DNA of 64,000 nt. It comes from the human T2T-CHM13v2.0 reference genome, Homo sapiens. Location of the stretch: NCBI RefSeq assembly GCF_009914755.1, contig NC_060927.1; one strand, given 5' to 3'. This document shows positions 1 through 15,062 of this stretch, one piece after another. The position numbers were made by a program, and so were the translations under genes. Position 1 is the stretch's first letter; every line of letters begins with the position of its first letter. The notes beneath the pieces were generated by a model. The model had not been told where the DNA came from and did not search any database. It worked only from the letters and a program-made list of their open reading frames with translations.

Positions 1-420
1 GCCTTCCTTTCCTACTGTGCTTGCAATTCCTTGAACACAGTAAGCACATTCTTCACAGTTTTAGTACCTCATCTCCCTTATGCCCTGAATTCTCTCTCCC
101 CAGAAATCAACAGGTGCAGTGCACTTTCTTACCTTTAAGTCTTTGATCAAATGTTCTCTTTTCAATGAGGCCCACTCTCATTGGTCATACTATTTAAAAA
201 TAAAACATTTTTCCTGTTTGATATTCTTTCCAGGTTACTTATACCATATTATATATTTTGTATGATTCTTTTTCTGATGTGTTGAATGTCATCCTTTGCT
301 CCATTAGAAAATTAAGTTTATCCACATCAGAGACTGTGTCTGTTCTTATTGTTTTATTTCATTACAGTATCTCCAGTGCCTGACTTATAAAAAATTGTAA
401 GAAATGCTTGTTCAAATACA
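1..420 (+). mobile_element. LINE2 (L2a-like) 3' end fragment
   Basis: Degenerate L2 3' motifs (tcaaatgttctcttttcaatgaggcc; gtatctccagtgcctgac ... aaatgcttgttcaaat). Confidence 0.65.
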
Positions 421-1559
421 TAAGGAAAACATAAAAAATTGTGTAACATGGCCACCCCCAGAAGTCTTGAAACTGTACATTTTTCTTGGGTACATCATTT
501 CAGTGAACAAAAATGGGGTTCCATTTATAAGAAAAACAGATTGAAATGGATATGGGGTAGATTGCCAATAGAGCCTTCCACACATAGTATTCAAAGAAAC
601 AGCCCAAGGCTATACTTTTTAGCCTCCTTTCCCACCACTTACACAACAGAACTATTTCACAGCATAATACATATTTTTAAAAATATTTCTTAACATTTGC
701 TAAAGTTATTTTCTTTTCTGAAATTCATTCTCTGGGCACCTACCTAAAGAAATATTCTATTTTACATGACATTCAACATTCTCTCTTCTGTAGAACTCAT
801 ATTGAAACTTGAAGACCGTTGTCAAGTTTCACCTGTTCCAGGAAGCCTGCCCCTTCCCTCCATGGGCTTTTATATGAAAGCATTTATCTGTTTCTATTAC
901 TGTACACATAGATCTATATTTGTTATTTCTGACTTCTCAGTTGTTGGTTGGTAAGTTCCATAAGTGCAGAATCTGCTTTTTATTAATTTCTTAATTTCCT
1001 TTTGTTAATTATTTTTCTATTTGTGCCTTCATTTTCCTCTGAAATAAATGAATTAATGTACATTATGAAACAGCACATTTTTCAAAAATATCTCTTGGGG
1101 CTATTCCTAAGTCTCACAGAGTTTGAATATAAATTTCACTTTTCAGGGCTATTTAAGGGCTTTAAAGTAAGAGACAAACTGTTGTTTTATTTGCCTTAGT
1201 CCCATCTTAAAACCAGCTCAAAAATTTCACTTTTTCCCTTGTTGAGTTCTCCCCACATTCCCATTGCTTTTCCCCAATTGGTTTTTATTCTCACTTTCAC
1301 CTCTACTTCTGTACTACTTAATCTTAGGCTCAAAGTCAAGGTCTTAAAAAAAAAATCTGAGTTCACTGGACTAAACTGGACAGAACTAGATTGGGCTAAG
1401 CAAGGTTGAACTAGGCAGAATTTTGAAAAGAGCCTTGGGTTAGTTGGGAATGGAGCTAGTTGTCCCAATGCCATTTAACTAGCCTAGTGCCTAGTACATA
1501 ACAATATCCAATAATTTTTATCAGATGAGTGACTGAATGTATAATTGAGTGAAATTAAT

Positions 1560-2720
1560 GTAGAACAAGAAACAGAGCCAAGTGTACAGGGAAATTTAGG
1601 ATATGCTAACAGTGGCATTTCAAGGCCATAGTCATGAAATGGATGAAATTACAAAATAAATGTTGAAGCCATTCTCATATCAAAATTCATTCATAATCAT
1701 TTAAAATGAATTAAAGGGCCAAATGTGGTGGCTCACACCTATAATCCCAGTGCTTTGGGAGGTCAAGGCAGGAGGATCACTTGAGGTCCAGAGATTCGTT
1801 GTGCATGCCTGTAGTCCTAGCTACTCAGGAGGTAGAGGCAGGAGGATCTCCTGAGCCCAGTAGTTTGAGGCTGCAGTGAGCTATGATCCAGCTACTGCAT
1901 TCCAGCTTGGGTGACAGTAAGACAGTAAAATCCTGTCTCAAAAAAAAAAAAAAAAAAAGTATTAAAGAACTAAGGTAAAATATAAAATCCTAAAATTGGA
2001 AGAAAAATATAAGTGCATTTATATTACCTTAATACAAAACCCCAGTATCTGAAAGGAAAAGATTGAAAGTTTTACTTCCATAAACATAAAATTTTTTGAT
2101 TAACCAAAATAAACAAGAAAACAAAACAAAAATACCAAAAATGTTTTTTAAAAATGCACTTGAATATTAAAAGACAAATGGAAAATGTTAGGGTGAAGGA
2201 TGCAATACAAATTATGAAGATTTAATATATTCAGATTATAAATAAAGATAAACACTAGTTCAAAATTTTTAAAAAGACATGAACAATTAACAAAAGAAGA
2301 AATACAACTGTGCAATGAGAATATGAAAAATTTCAGTTTCACTGGTAATGAAAAAATAAATATTAAAATGATATCCACTTATTAAACATTGATAAGATTG
2401 ACCCTATCCAATTTGGGTATGTATAAATAGATAAACAGCAAAAAAACTATGTGCTGTTTGTGAGAATATAAATTTTTAGGAAGTTTTTGGAAACTAGGCT
2501 GGCAGTATGCATTAAAGTACTTAGAAATGTTTATAAACTTTAATTCAAATATTTCATTTCTAAGCATATATATGTGAAATATGCATGTGTGTCAATTATA
2601 TATATATGGAATACATATGTAGTAGAATATGGCATATTGCATAGCTACTAAAATGATGATACACATTTACATTTTTATGTGCAAAAATACTCACAATATT
2701 AGGTTAAAATATTCATTTAT
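1560..2720 (+). mobile_element. Old L1 (L1ME-like) ORF2-3' fragment, interrupted by an AluJ
   Basis: A-rich degenerate L1 motifs (ggaagaaaaatataag, aaaagacaaatggaaaat, tgagaatataaat...tttggaaa). Confidence 0.5.
1717..1958 (+). mobile_element. AluJ with internal deletion of the left-arm end and linker
   Basis: ggccaaatgtggtggctcacacctataatccc start; J-type gaggctgcagtgagctatgat; left arm joins right arm at about 1798; poly-A tail; short flanking repeat attaaag. Confidence 0.9.
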
Positions 2721-2724
2721 GAAA

Positions 2725-2915
2725 CTATATTCAGTAGTCAAATATTTTTTGATTATGTACAACACTGTTTTAGGTGTCAGGGATACTGCAATAAGCAAAC
2801 AGACAAAAATTCTTGCCCTCATGAAGCTTGTAGTCTAAAGGAGAGAAAGAAAAACATAAACAAAAATATGAAGTATTTTATTAGAATGTGGTAAGTGCTA
2901 TAAAGAAAAATGAAA
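2725..2915 (-). mobile_element. L2 3' fragment
   Basis: aacactgttttaggtgtcagggatactgca...cttgccctcatgaagcttgtagtcta, antisense L2 terminus. Confidence 0.7.
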
Positions 2916-3455
2916 GAAAAAATAGAAATTGAAATTATTAGATTATCCTTAGACGAACAATAAAAACTGTTAAAAATGGCTATCTATATGTTAGAGTACT
3001 TTCTCTTTTATAATTTTTATATTATCCAATTTTTATAATGTGTTATTTATATAGGAAAGTGTTTCCTTATATCATAAGGAGAAATATAAATATAAAATAC
3101 AAAAACATAAAATTTTAAAATTCCTTTGTCACAGTTTTCTACAGAATTCAGGTTATACTAAAAGCAGTTGATTTTCTGGGATTGAGAGAACTTTCAATAA
3201 TTTGATGGGACTTAAGTAATAAATCTGTCGAAGACTGGCAGAACAAGAAAATATTCCCAAACCATCCATTTTACCATGCTATTTTCTAACTGAAATTACT
3301 AGTTTCAGTATTTTTAGTTTCTATTTATTGCAATAGTTCCACACTACCATGGTGCTAAGTTGTGGATTTTAATCTTACAAATATCTTCGTTTATCCTGCC
3401 ATCTCTTAGTTGAACCTAGAAACAAGTACCACCTCTAAAGCCTAATATCTATACC

Positions 3456-3648
3456 ATGATTTGGTTACAAATATCAACAAGTGGTTCTATGGGGGTGGGA
3501 GGTTGGGGCAGGGAGAAGAGCCCTAATGTGTATTATTTACCGATTTCCATAGTGTAAATAGTCTTATCATGGCTGGTTCTGTGAAGGTAGGAAGAGCTGT
3601 GCACAATAGGGTCTTGTGAACCAGTTCAAACCAGCTGCAGGATACCAT
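3456..3648. mobile_element. MER63-like hAT-Blackjack MITE
   Basis: gccctaatgtgtattatttaccgatttccatagtgtaaata...tgaaccagttcaaaccagct resembles recalled MER63 consensus. Confidence 0.6.
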
Positions 3649-3999
3649 TGATCCATGCCCTTCATCTTCTGTCCACTTCACATATCTACTATATTTTCAC
3701 ATTTTACTACGCCTATCTACTCCTACACTATTCCTACGCTACTACACATTCTACTATTGCTCACAGGAATGCTCTGCCCAAGCTAGGTGAGAACACTCCT
3801 TACATGCCGACCTTACTCCCTGTGTTCATGCTGCTTCCCTTATTGGGATTATCTGCCAACCTCTGTCTATTTATATAATACCTACAGTTCCACATATTAC
3901 TGTAGTTCTAAGCTCCATTTAAACTAACCGTACATCACATGATAAAGTTTTTCGGGACGATTATGTATCTTTTTTCAGAACTCCTTCAACTTATATTTT

Positions 4000-4165
4000 G
4001 GAAGCACTTATAAGTCAGGCACTGGGTTCAGAGTCTACATACAGCAAACCAAACAGTCACAGACCATGCTCTCATAAAACATACTTTTAGGACATTAATT
4101 AAGTAATCGTGAAAATGTATAATGAGAAACAGACAAATGTTAAAAAGAATGCTAAAAGAGCACAA
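4000..4165 (-). mobile_element. L2 fragment
   Basis: gcacttataagtcaggcactgg...ccatgctctcataaaacatac. Confidence 0.5.
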
Positions 4166-5965
4166 GAGGTAACTTGATTTCTTCCGTGAAATCACATCTT
4201 CTGCCCCTGTGTGGTCTGTACCTTATTTCTGAAAGTGTATTATGTTCCTCAAGTTCCAGGTATCTATAAGGTAACTTATTGTAAATAAGTTATATCTACA
4301 ATAACTTTGCCTTGATTCAGCATTACCTCTGCATGTAGTATGTTTTCAGGGACAATGTTGGTTGGTGCTTAAAAAGAACGTCTTGATTAGACCGTACCTG
4401 ACAGAGCAACTGATGACACTGTTAGGATGACAACAGAGGCCAAGGATCTAAGAAGATGTCCAGAGAAGAAGGCAGGCAAAAACTGAGGCTGACCAACGGC
4501 CCTGGCCAGACCACTAACTAGAACTGAAGCAGAGAAGAGCTTCCCAGAGAAGATCACGTAGAGCTGACAGGAAGAGGTTAATCAAAGACTGAAGGACACT
4601 TACAGCAGCTGATAGAAGATCAAATTAAAGAGGCTCTCTACTTTCATACAACCTACTTTCCAAATTCAGAGGTCTAAAGCAGTCACTTTGATTTTCTTTC
4701 ACAAAACAAGCATCCCCCCAAAATTGGATATTAACAAACTTACTTCACTCCATTAATGATAATGAATCAAAAGGATTAGGAGCAATAGTAGGGTTTTAAA
4801 CAATCAATAGGTGACTTCATATGCAGAAGTGTCTTTTTTGCAAATATCTATTGATTGGCCAAGGCAGGCCTTCTGACCTCTCCAACTCTCAGTCTCATCC
4901 TTAATGTTGTTTATGGTTTGATTTGGGAGAAGTGAAAGAAGTTTTTGAAAAAAAAATTATAAGTAAAACAACAAGAACAAAAAACTCTATGTATCTTAGT
5001 TACAAAAGAGACCCCCCAAAATCAGTGTGAAACATTCAGTTTCTCTTCTTACTCCATGTTTGTAGAAATACATAATATTAAAGTTGAATTCATATGTAAT
5101 ATTTATATACATAAGACATTCCTAAAGAAAAATTTTGTTAGACTTAAGATAATCTAAGGCCACTGTTCTTTATAGGTGCACAGCATTGAGGAACATGAGT
5201 TATTTAATGTAAGACTTCCAGATTATTCTGACTAACTCACCACTTTGCCCTTCATCTCTTCAAAACAACTATTTTGAGAACCACTGGTATACAGCCAACA
5301 ATGTTCAAACCAAACTGTGGCTACATTTTCTAAATATCATTCTTCCACAATGCTCGTATCAGCAACCTATTTTAAACAACCACAACTATAAAAATAATTT
5401 TGTACTTTTTATGTTAAAAGTACAAAAGTTGTAGTAACTTTCTTTTATAACTCATCTTCTCTGGGGAAAAACAAGCAATTTCTGCTACCAAAGAAAAAAA
5501 GAATTTGCTACCAGTATAAAGTATATAAAGCATTAATAGCTTTGTAATGAAGTAAATCTCTTCAACTTCTTTGATCTTTTTAATCTCACAAAAAACTGAA
5601 GTAAATCTCAAGATCTATCATTGTTTTCATACCAAATGAAACTTTTATTTATAAAAACAAATGCTGAGCATGAGTAGTGCCCTCAAATGATTATAATCTT
5701 TTAACATGTGCCTTATACCCTTTCTTAGCTTTTATTTGTATACAGAAAAAAGTTACTGGATTTCTGATACCAACATCTCAGCAGCAACCATCCTTCCCTT
5801 ACTGACATTTCTCCGCTTTTTTTCAATATTTTAATCGTTGGTTATCAAAACTGTCAAATTTCCTCAGTTCTTTCAACACTTTTAGTGATACATTAAAGTT
5901 AAGATAAAAACCCACCTAGGGTTAACACAGTCTCTTGTCTCCCTGAATGGACGTCAAAAAAAAAA

Positions 5966-6100
5966 AATATATATATTTTTATATATATACAGATTTATAT
6001 GTATATACATAAATACGTATATATACATACATATACATACATATAAATATGTATATATACATACATATACATACATATAAATATGTATATATTTATATAA
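5966..6100. repeat. (TA)n/(TACA)n compound microsatellite containing a 34-bp unit twice
   Basis: gtatatatacatacatatacatacatataaatat at 6017-6050 and 6051-6084. Confidence 0.9.
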
Positions 6101-6171
6101 ATTCTGTTGCTAAGTCTGAGAGGTTTAACTTCCATAAGCCTATCTTAATTTGTTTTTGTTTTAGTTTATAC

Positions 6172-6362
6172 CAGTGGCTCTCAAATATTAATATATATCA
6201 AAATTACCTGTAAACTTTGTTAAAATACAGATAGATGGGCCTCAACCTTAGAGTTTCTGATTGAGCACACATAGAGTAAGACTCAAGATTTTGCTTTCTA
6301 ACAAGTTTCTAGATGATGTTGATGTTTCAAGTTGGGGTATCATGTTTTGGAAGACACAGACT
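6172..6362. mobile_element. MER5A hAT-Charlie MITE
   Basis: cagtggctctcaaa...aattacctg...ttgttaaaatacaga...ttctaacaagtttctagatgatgttgatg. Confidence 0.75.
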
Positions 6363-6629
6363 TAGATGAGTACATTCCATTCTAGGGTTACCTATAATAG
6401 CTACATTGCTCAAATGACTCTTAGGAAAAGTTCACAGTAATAACCAAAATTTCAATCTGAGGATTAAGTAAGTTTCATCTACTTTTTTGTCTTATTTCTA
6501 CAGCCCTGCAGGGATATTAAAAAATATTCAGCCCTATCATCAACACAGACACATCAAAGAACTTAATATTCCAATAAAAGAGGAATCAATGTGTGCACGG
6601 TTTGTTGGTCAAAGGTTAACATCCAGAAG

Positions 6630-6745
6630 ACAGCTATTATCACCTTTTTGCAGTGAAGAAATATAAGTGCTAATAGCTTAAGGGACTTACCTGATGTCAT
6701 ATAAAAAATTTCAAGTGGTATTTAGAACAGGACCTGATCAGCATT
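6630..6745 (-). mobile_element. MIR fragment
   Basis: tattatcacctttttgcagtgaagaaa...gacttacctgatgtcat, antisense MIR core. Confidence 0.55.
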
Positions 6746-7059
6746 TTTAGTTCCTTATTTGTGGTAATAATCAAAAGGCAATGCTATTTGTTTCTGGATG
6801 GCAGAAACAAAATCTTACTTCTTATTTTCATACTTAAAAGATGCTGTTTTGGAAATACTCTATAAATTACGAATTTTAATGATAATTTTATCTAACCAAG
6901 AAAGTGAAAATATTTATGTTTGCCACACATTTCATCACCAATAGATAATAAAAAATTGTGTGATAGAGTACCTGCTTGCATGAAACCTACAAATACACAA
7001 GGGCTTTCATTAAACAAAATAAAGGGAACAAATACATCTTCACAGAGTATTAGCTAAGC

Positions 7060-7210
7060 AACAACCTGGGGACCTAAAGGCCTCATCTCTCACTCCCAAC
7101 TTTTTCTCTAGTGAGCTTTTAAGAAAGTCCGACCATCTCTCTGGACATAGGGATCCTCATCTGTAAAAGAAGAAGTATTGGACTAGAAGAGCTCTAAATT
7201 CATTCAAGCA
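7060..7210 (+). mobile_element. MIR3-like fragment
   Basis: tcctcatctgtaaaaga...ttggactaga...ctctaa. Confidence 0.55.
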
Positions 7211-10170
7211 ATAAAGATGATAACATAGCAGTCAAGCAAAAATTTATCTCTTTCACTTTGTATTATTTTTCTCATGTAACTGAAGATAGCAATTAACCTC
7301 AGCTAAAAAGCATATTTTTAAACGTATATTAATCTGGCCATATACCTTAAAAACAAGAGATTCACTTTCTGCAGCAAAATGTTTGGTCCCAAAGTGAATC
7401 TTACATCAAAAAATAAACAAACAAGCAAATAAATACATCCTGTTGAAATTATTGCACACTGTAAGAACGATAGAGAATGAATGTACACTAAATTTTAAAG
7501 CACTCCATGAGTTGTTATTATCATTGTTTGTTAACATTTATGGGCTAGTTCTTTCTCCCTAATAAACGATTAGACTCTATTTTTAAATGTTGCCTTACCT
7601 TTCATAGCTATCTCTCTCTTGCTCTCTCTCCCACACACGTACAGTGCTTTTTATTTTCCTTTATTAAGTCAGCTTCAAAATAATTACGAAAAAAAGGTTT
7701 CAATTTAAATTACAATCAGGGTCTGATTGCACCCCCAGAAAAAAATCAAATTGGTAAATTTAGGCATCTCGGTAAACTTCAATAAAAGATACTCAGTAGG
7801 AGCCAAATAGCGCAAATATTTATTAAGAATATAACATTGCCATTATATAAATAGAGAACATTACCTCAGAAAAGATATATTTCAAATAATGTTTCAAAAA
7901 AGCATTACATTGCTCTATCATTTGAATAGATACATTAACATTCCATTTAATTTTCACTTTCAAAGTAGCATATCTATTTTGAACTCTAAGGCCAGAAATA
8001 ATCACTAATGTTTCTCATTTTAAAAAGGTTTTTCAAATCCAAATATTAGTCACAGACCTTGTTATGACGAGGTATGAAAATATGCAAAATAAATGTCTTT
8101 AAAATACTCATCAACCTCCACTGATTTGTACCACTTGGATACCTGTTGGCCAACATCATTATACTACCAAAAGCAATAAATCTGGATTAGAGAATTCTGT
8201 CTCTCATTATTACTAGAGAAAAATAAAATAAAACTCACCATCCTAGAAAATTCCTCTCTACTTAACATTATATTTGCTATTGTGAACATTTTTACTCTAA
8301 GAAAGAGTTCAGATTTTATGAAAATTTAAACATTCTTGAGAGCAGTTAACTGTTAATCTTGATTGGCCATTTAAAACAAACTGGATATACTGATAACCTG
8401 AAGGTCACTTTGGTGGCTATCACCCCATTGTAAAAATTGGGAGAAGGGCTAAATAAAGAGAAGAACTTAAAGAAAGATTGCATCATTCTTAGTGCATTAA
8501 GATCAAAATATAATATTGATTTGCTTGTATAGGTGAATGATGGATATTCCATAAATTATTTATATAATCGTATATTTTCATTGTTCCTTTTATGGATTAC
8601 ATACTTAGCAATTATCATGTTAGGGGGTAGGACAAATTTCTGCCTCTGTTTGTTTATTTGTTTGTTTGTTTTTCACTAAATGAACCAATCTACTGAGGCA
8701 GGTTTATCTCTTTCTCAGGCCAATCATTGTGCAGAGGGCTGTGCTCTCACCAGTAGAGAATGTAATTGGCAGTGGCTCTGCTTGTTGCCTTCCCTAGAGC
8801 ACTACAACATGCCCCAGTGTTCCCACAGTTCATTATGAGACTGCCTACCTCTTTCATAAACTGTGGAGTCACTTGGGAATCTATTTATACTGACAACTAA
8901 AAGGTGCCATTCCATATGGTGAAATATGACACTATTAAAATTAAGGTTTTTGAAGATAATTCCCTCATAAAAAATGCCAAAAATGTAATATAATATAAAA
9001 ACTTTATACCACTGACTTTTTGTAAAGTATAATCCTAATTATATCCCCAAAATGCCTAGAAAAAAATAGAAGGAAATACATTAAAGTGCTATATACAGAT
9101 TCTCTTATTGATTATTACAGATTTTAAGTTTTTTCTTTCACTCTGCTTCTAGTACTTTTTAATAATAATAAAAAAAACAGTAAGCATGTTTTCAACATCA
9201 TGGTTACAGAAAAAGAGAGAGAGCTCTGAAGGGACCAGCGAAAGCAAAGGACCAAATAGAGAATTTGTGCCTGGCATGACCTTTTAAAAGTCAGCAGAAA
9301 TTCTGAACACTCAAGGAGTAAGGGTGTTTCAGAGGAAATGAGTTTACAAACTGAGAATCATCAAGTAATGGACACAAATATAAGGAAGAGGAAGAAGATG
9401 AAGCAGACAAGGTGATACGTTCAAAAATATTCATGATGTTTTAGATATTTAAATTTATGTTAATAATTTAAGTATTAATGTGAATTTAAATATGATCATA
9501 CTAGACACAAAGTGAATGGTTAAAATTAAGATTTTATGTTAAACTGCTACTTGAATCAAAGGAATATCAAAACCACTATTTAATAATAGTATTTTAAAAA
9601 ATTTTTAGAGCCCAACAGCTTTCACTTTCCTTTGCTTTTCAATTTCTTTCAAAATTACAAAATTATACTAAAGGCCACTTAATTAGTGATCTCTTTCAGT
9701 TTGCATGTCTGCTAACGAATGCTATAGAAGGCAATAAAAACCTGTTTATCAGTCAAATAATAATCTGTGTAAAATATATTCATTGTTATAATTCTGGACT
9801 TTTAAAGGTAGAATTCATTATAAGGTTTTGTGAAATGTTCTGATACACAGTTCTTCCCAATGGCTAGGAAAAGATATTTATATGAAATATAAAATAACAC
9901 AACCACTAATGAAGATGGCAAACTTATATTCCTAGCTCTATGCCCAGAATTTAAAAGAAAAAATCCATTTGATTAAAATTCACCTTAAGTTTGTCTGAAA
10001 TTAATGGATTCAAGTATATTCTAACAACTCTTCCAAAGGGGGAGGAATAGTGAACTAACACTAACAAAATAAATGATGTAGGCTTTTACAAACAACAATT
10101 TCAAAGATACATTTATTAAGCTATTCGAAAGACAGATATCTATGAGGTTTTTAAAAATTATTAGAATTCA

Positions 10171-10495
<325 letters not shown>

Positions 10496-11355
10496 TCAAT
10501 TCAGCCAAGGTTTATTATTAACATTTTATAAACTAAATATTCAAAGTACTTCACAATCAGACCTCACTAGTTTATGGCCTTACTTCCTATCACCCATCAT
10601 TCTAGAAAATGGAGTAAGAAAGTTTCTACAAAATTAAAATCTAAAGACTTTAGGGTTCTTGCATAATGACCCCATAAGTGAAAAGTAAAACCATAAACAA
10701 TCATATCTGTGCTTAGGAAATTGAGCTTTTAGAAGTAACAATAACAACAGTGATGTTCCAGAAGATAACGGCTGTAATGCTATATCAGAGTTACACTTAT
10801 TTAAGTTTAAATATGTGCCCATGAAATTTCTTACAAAGCTTTAGACACAAGTGCAAAGACTGCACAAAGAAAACAAAACTTCCAGTTTCAACTCAGAATT
10901 CACACAATAATAAGGGCATAGGTTTAACTAAAGTTATATTTCTGATTCCAAATTTGCTACTTGCCTGAAATCTTCTTGAGGGTAAAAACTATATGTGTCT
11001 CAATTATCATTCCATCTGTAGCTATAAGCACAGCACTCAGTAACTATGTCCTAAGTAAATCCACTCATTTTAATTGAATTCACATTTACACTCTGTGATA
11101 AGCACTGGTGATATAAAAATCACAAAGTATGTGTCAGAGCCCACTTGCAGTTGTTTTGGCCTTGGTTTCAACATCTTTTAAAAAAATACTGGACCAAATA
11201 ATTTCTCAAGTTCTTTCCTACCTTGAAATTCTAAAATTTTATTACCTTAAGTATTAATTATACATCTTTTAAAAATATTCCGAGCAACATTAGAGCAACA
11301 CTATCAATTTTAACTTATCTGTGAAATGGTAAGGAACAGTGGTTGTAAAAGTTAG

Positions 11356-11687
<332 letters not shown>

Positions 11688-11689
11688 GG

Positions 11690-12653
<964 letters not shown>

Positions 12654-13230
12654 GCCCACTCCTTTGATTCAGTTTCCATATGCTCCCTGCTACTCACACT
12701 CTGACTGCCATACAACAACGGAACAACTTTATATGTTACGTAACACTGTATAGTGATCCTTCTTAAAAGAGAAGGTTTTATTCTTCTCTCAAAGTGAGGA
12801 ACAGCTCAAAAAGTCATTGTATCCATCCCAGGCTGCATTAATTGCTTCTCAAATTCAGTAGCAGTACCACTGATTATTCTGACCTAGAGACTAAATTGTA
12901 AGTTGCACCACCAGTATCATCTATATAATATAAAAAAGAAAAGTGAGAGACGAAAAACCATGGTTAACAAATATATGTTTTTAAATGAACACATGTATCT
13001 AACACATATGTACAGATAAACATGTATATGTAGTCAAATAAAAATATGCAAATCTTCTACAGTCTTCATTTCTATAATTGGTAATAGGATTTTAATTAAT
13101 ATATTTGGCTTCTTCTGTCATTACCCTTTGAGTATTACCTCTACCATCTGCCAGAATCTTAGCCAGGTGAGGTTTGAGTGACCTAATCCTTCATTGACGA
13201 AGAATCTGAGTCCTCAATTGTTCCATTTTT
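12654..13230 (-). mobile_element. ERVL-type internal remnant adjoining the LTR41-like LTR
   Basis: Purine-rich PPT-like aaaggagtgggc directly before the LTR TG on the minus strand; ccttcattgacgaagaatctgagtcc resembles ERVL-E/ERV3-16A3 internal sequence. Confidence 0.45.
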
Positions 13231-13231
13231 C

Positions 13232-13400
13232 ACCTTTGGTAAGTTGCTTGAACTCTCTAAATTATTGCAACCTCATTTATAAAATAGCAACAAAGGTAGT
13301 TACTTTTTACCTTCAAACTTTGTGATTGAATATTAAACGAGTTAAAATATTAAACAAGTTAAAGCATGATGAACTCCTAGTACATAGTAGATATTTTCAA
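13232..13400 (+). mobile_element. MIR
   Basis: cctttggtaagttgcttgaactctct...cctcatttataaaat...cctagtacatagtag. Confidence 0.65.
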
Positions 13401-13869
13401 GCCTTTCTGTATGTTATCTATATCAATGCTTCCCCTCATAATAAAGGTAGCAGGAGACAGGTTAGAAGAATTACACATCAAGCAATATTTTCCTTTTGAC
13501 TTCCAAAGTAATTTTCAAGGTAAGCTTTCAGAGATGCTCATATTGTAGTCCCTATGTTTGGATCTTATTTGAAAGACTGGAGAACAAATGCTTTATGTCT
13601 TAAAGTTGGAATCTTTCTTCTTTCTTTCTACATTTCTGTGGTGTTTATTACTATAAATATGCATGAATTTGTCCTAGTCCCATGTCTGTAAATTTTGAGT
13701 CTTATTACCTAGAACAAATCACTTTACCTATCTGTAGTTCTTTTCTTCTTTACAAAATGAAGAAATTGTCTTTCAATTATACTATGATTCTATTCCTGGT
13801 GACTTTTGAGTTCTGCCCAGGTATACTTTGCATATGGTAAACAGATACATCTTTTGTTTATGTAAAGAG

Positions 13870-14050
13870 CACAATATTCAGACTAGAGCGATAGCAATTC
13901 AAAGGCCATCATTTGCCAAATACATAACTTTGTGTGAGTTACTTAACTTTGGGGCCTCAGTTTCCTCATTGTAAAATGGAAAAAAATAAGACTTTATGAA
14001 CATTAACATGAAACAGGAGCTCAACAAATTGTAGCTGTGTTATTTTAATC
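13870..14050 (+). mobile_element. MIR
   Basis: gagttacttaactttggggcctcagtttcctcattgtaaaatgg. Confidence 0.7.
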
Positions 14051-14102
14051 AAATACATGTCCATATTAATTCTAAGTCATATCATCACTTTGTTATGATC
14101 CA

Positions 14103-14159
14103 GGAAGAAAGAGAGAGAGAGAAAAGGAAGGGAGTGAGAGAGAAAGGAAGGAAAAGGAG
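14103..14159. repeat. GA-rich polypurine tract
   Basis: ggaagaaagagagagagagaaaaggaagggag... Confidence 0.8.
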
Positions 14160-14434
14160 TTTCCAATTAAATTATGACCTATCATCATTGCAGATGCTTT
14201 CCAATTTCAATGATGGTGTAATGTAAGAAGAAAAGGTATTTTTAAAATCAGTGAAATAAGACATTACCATTATTGTTATTCCATGAACATATACCACTCC
14301 AGTTGATAAGACACAGCAATCATTTTTCATCTCCATTCCAGTGATTAAAATATTAAATCTATATTACTGTATGTGGAAAAGAAAGAGCAAGTACTATGTG
14401 TCCTTTATGGAAGGGTGGGGTCAAAGCATTTTTA

Positions 14435-14600
14435 AATAAATTAATTATAGAGTGCCTACTATGTGAGAAATAGGATGTTAGACACTGGAGATATAAAAGT
14501 GACCTAAAAGAACCAAAATCCGTATTCATATTGGAGTATACAGTCTGGAAGAGAAGAAAAGCATTAATATAATTTGGTGAGGATAGTAAGTAAAGAGAAG
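14435..14600 (-). mobile_element. L2 fragment
   Basis: gagtgcctactatgtg...gacactggagatata...ggagtatacagtctgg. Confidence 0.55.
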
Positions 14601-15062
14601 AAGTATTTGACAAATGAACAAAGGATAATATTGTATTTTATTGTTTTCTTAAAATAGAACATGGAAAAGAATATTTTGAAGTACCTACTCTGGAAAATTT
14701 TACATGTATGGAATGCAAACAAAGTACTGTAAGATGAATCAATGTGAAGCAAATGATTCTGTGATCAGAGGCAAGGTGCCTCTAGGATTGGAGTAAGAAG
14801 CCCAGAACATTTTAAGGAAAGAAACAGCGAAAATATCCTTCTCCTAAGCCTGGTTAATTTATGACCCTTCTGTCTTCAAGAATCTAAAGTTTTGATTCCT
14901 TAATTAGACAAAAAAATGCATAAGGAAAAAATAGATTTGCTAGTCCAAAACAAAAAAAGAACAAAATGAAGCCGTAGAACAAGTTGCCAACTTGGAAACA
15001 AAAATGACACACTTCAAGGTTTTTCTGTCATCTCAATCAGGAACAAACATATATTCTCCAAC

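Noticed and set aside
3670-3765. G-poor ctac/ctat-rich stretch resembling mtDNA strand bias
   Set aside because: No recognisable mitochondrial gene or tRNA; more likely decayed low-complexity sequence
8813-8822. CCCAGTGTTC matches the first 10 nt of miR-199-5p
   Set aside because: The rest of the mature sequence and the 3p arm do not match; a 10-mer match is plausible by chance
13329-13363. 17-bp tandem duplication atattaaac(g/a)agttaaa
   Set aside because: Ordinary slippage inside a MIR
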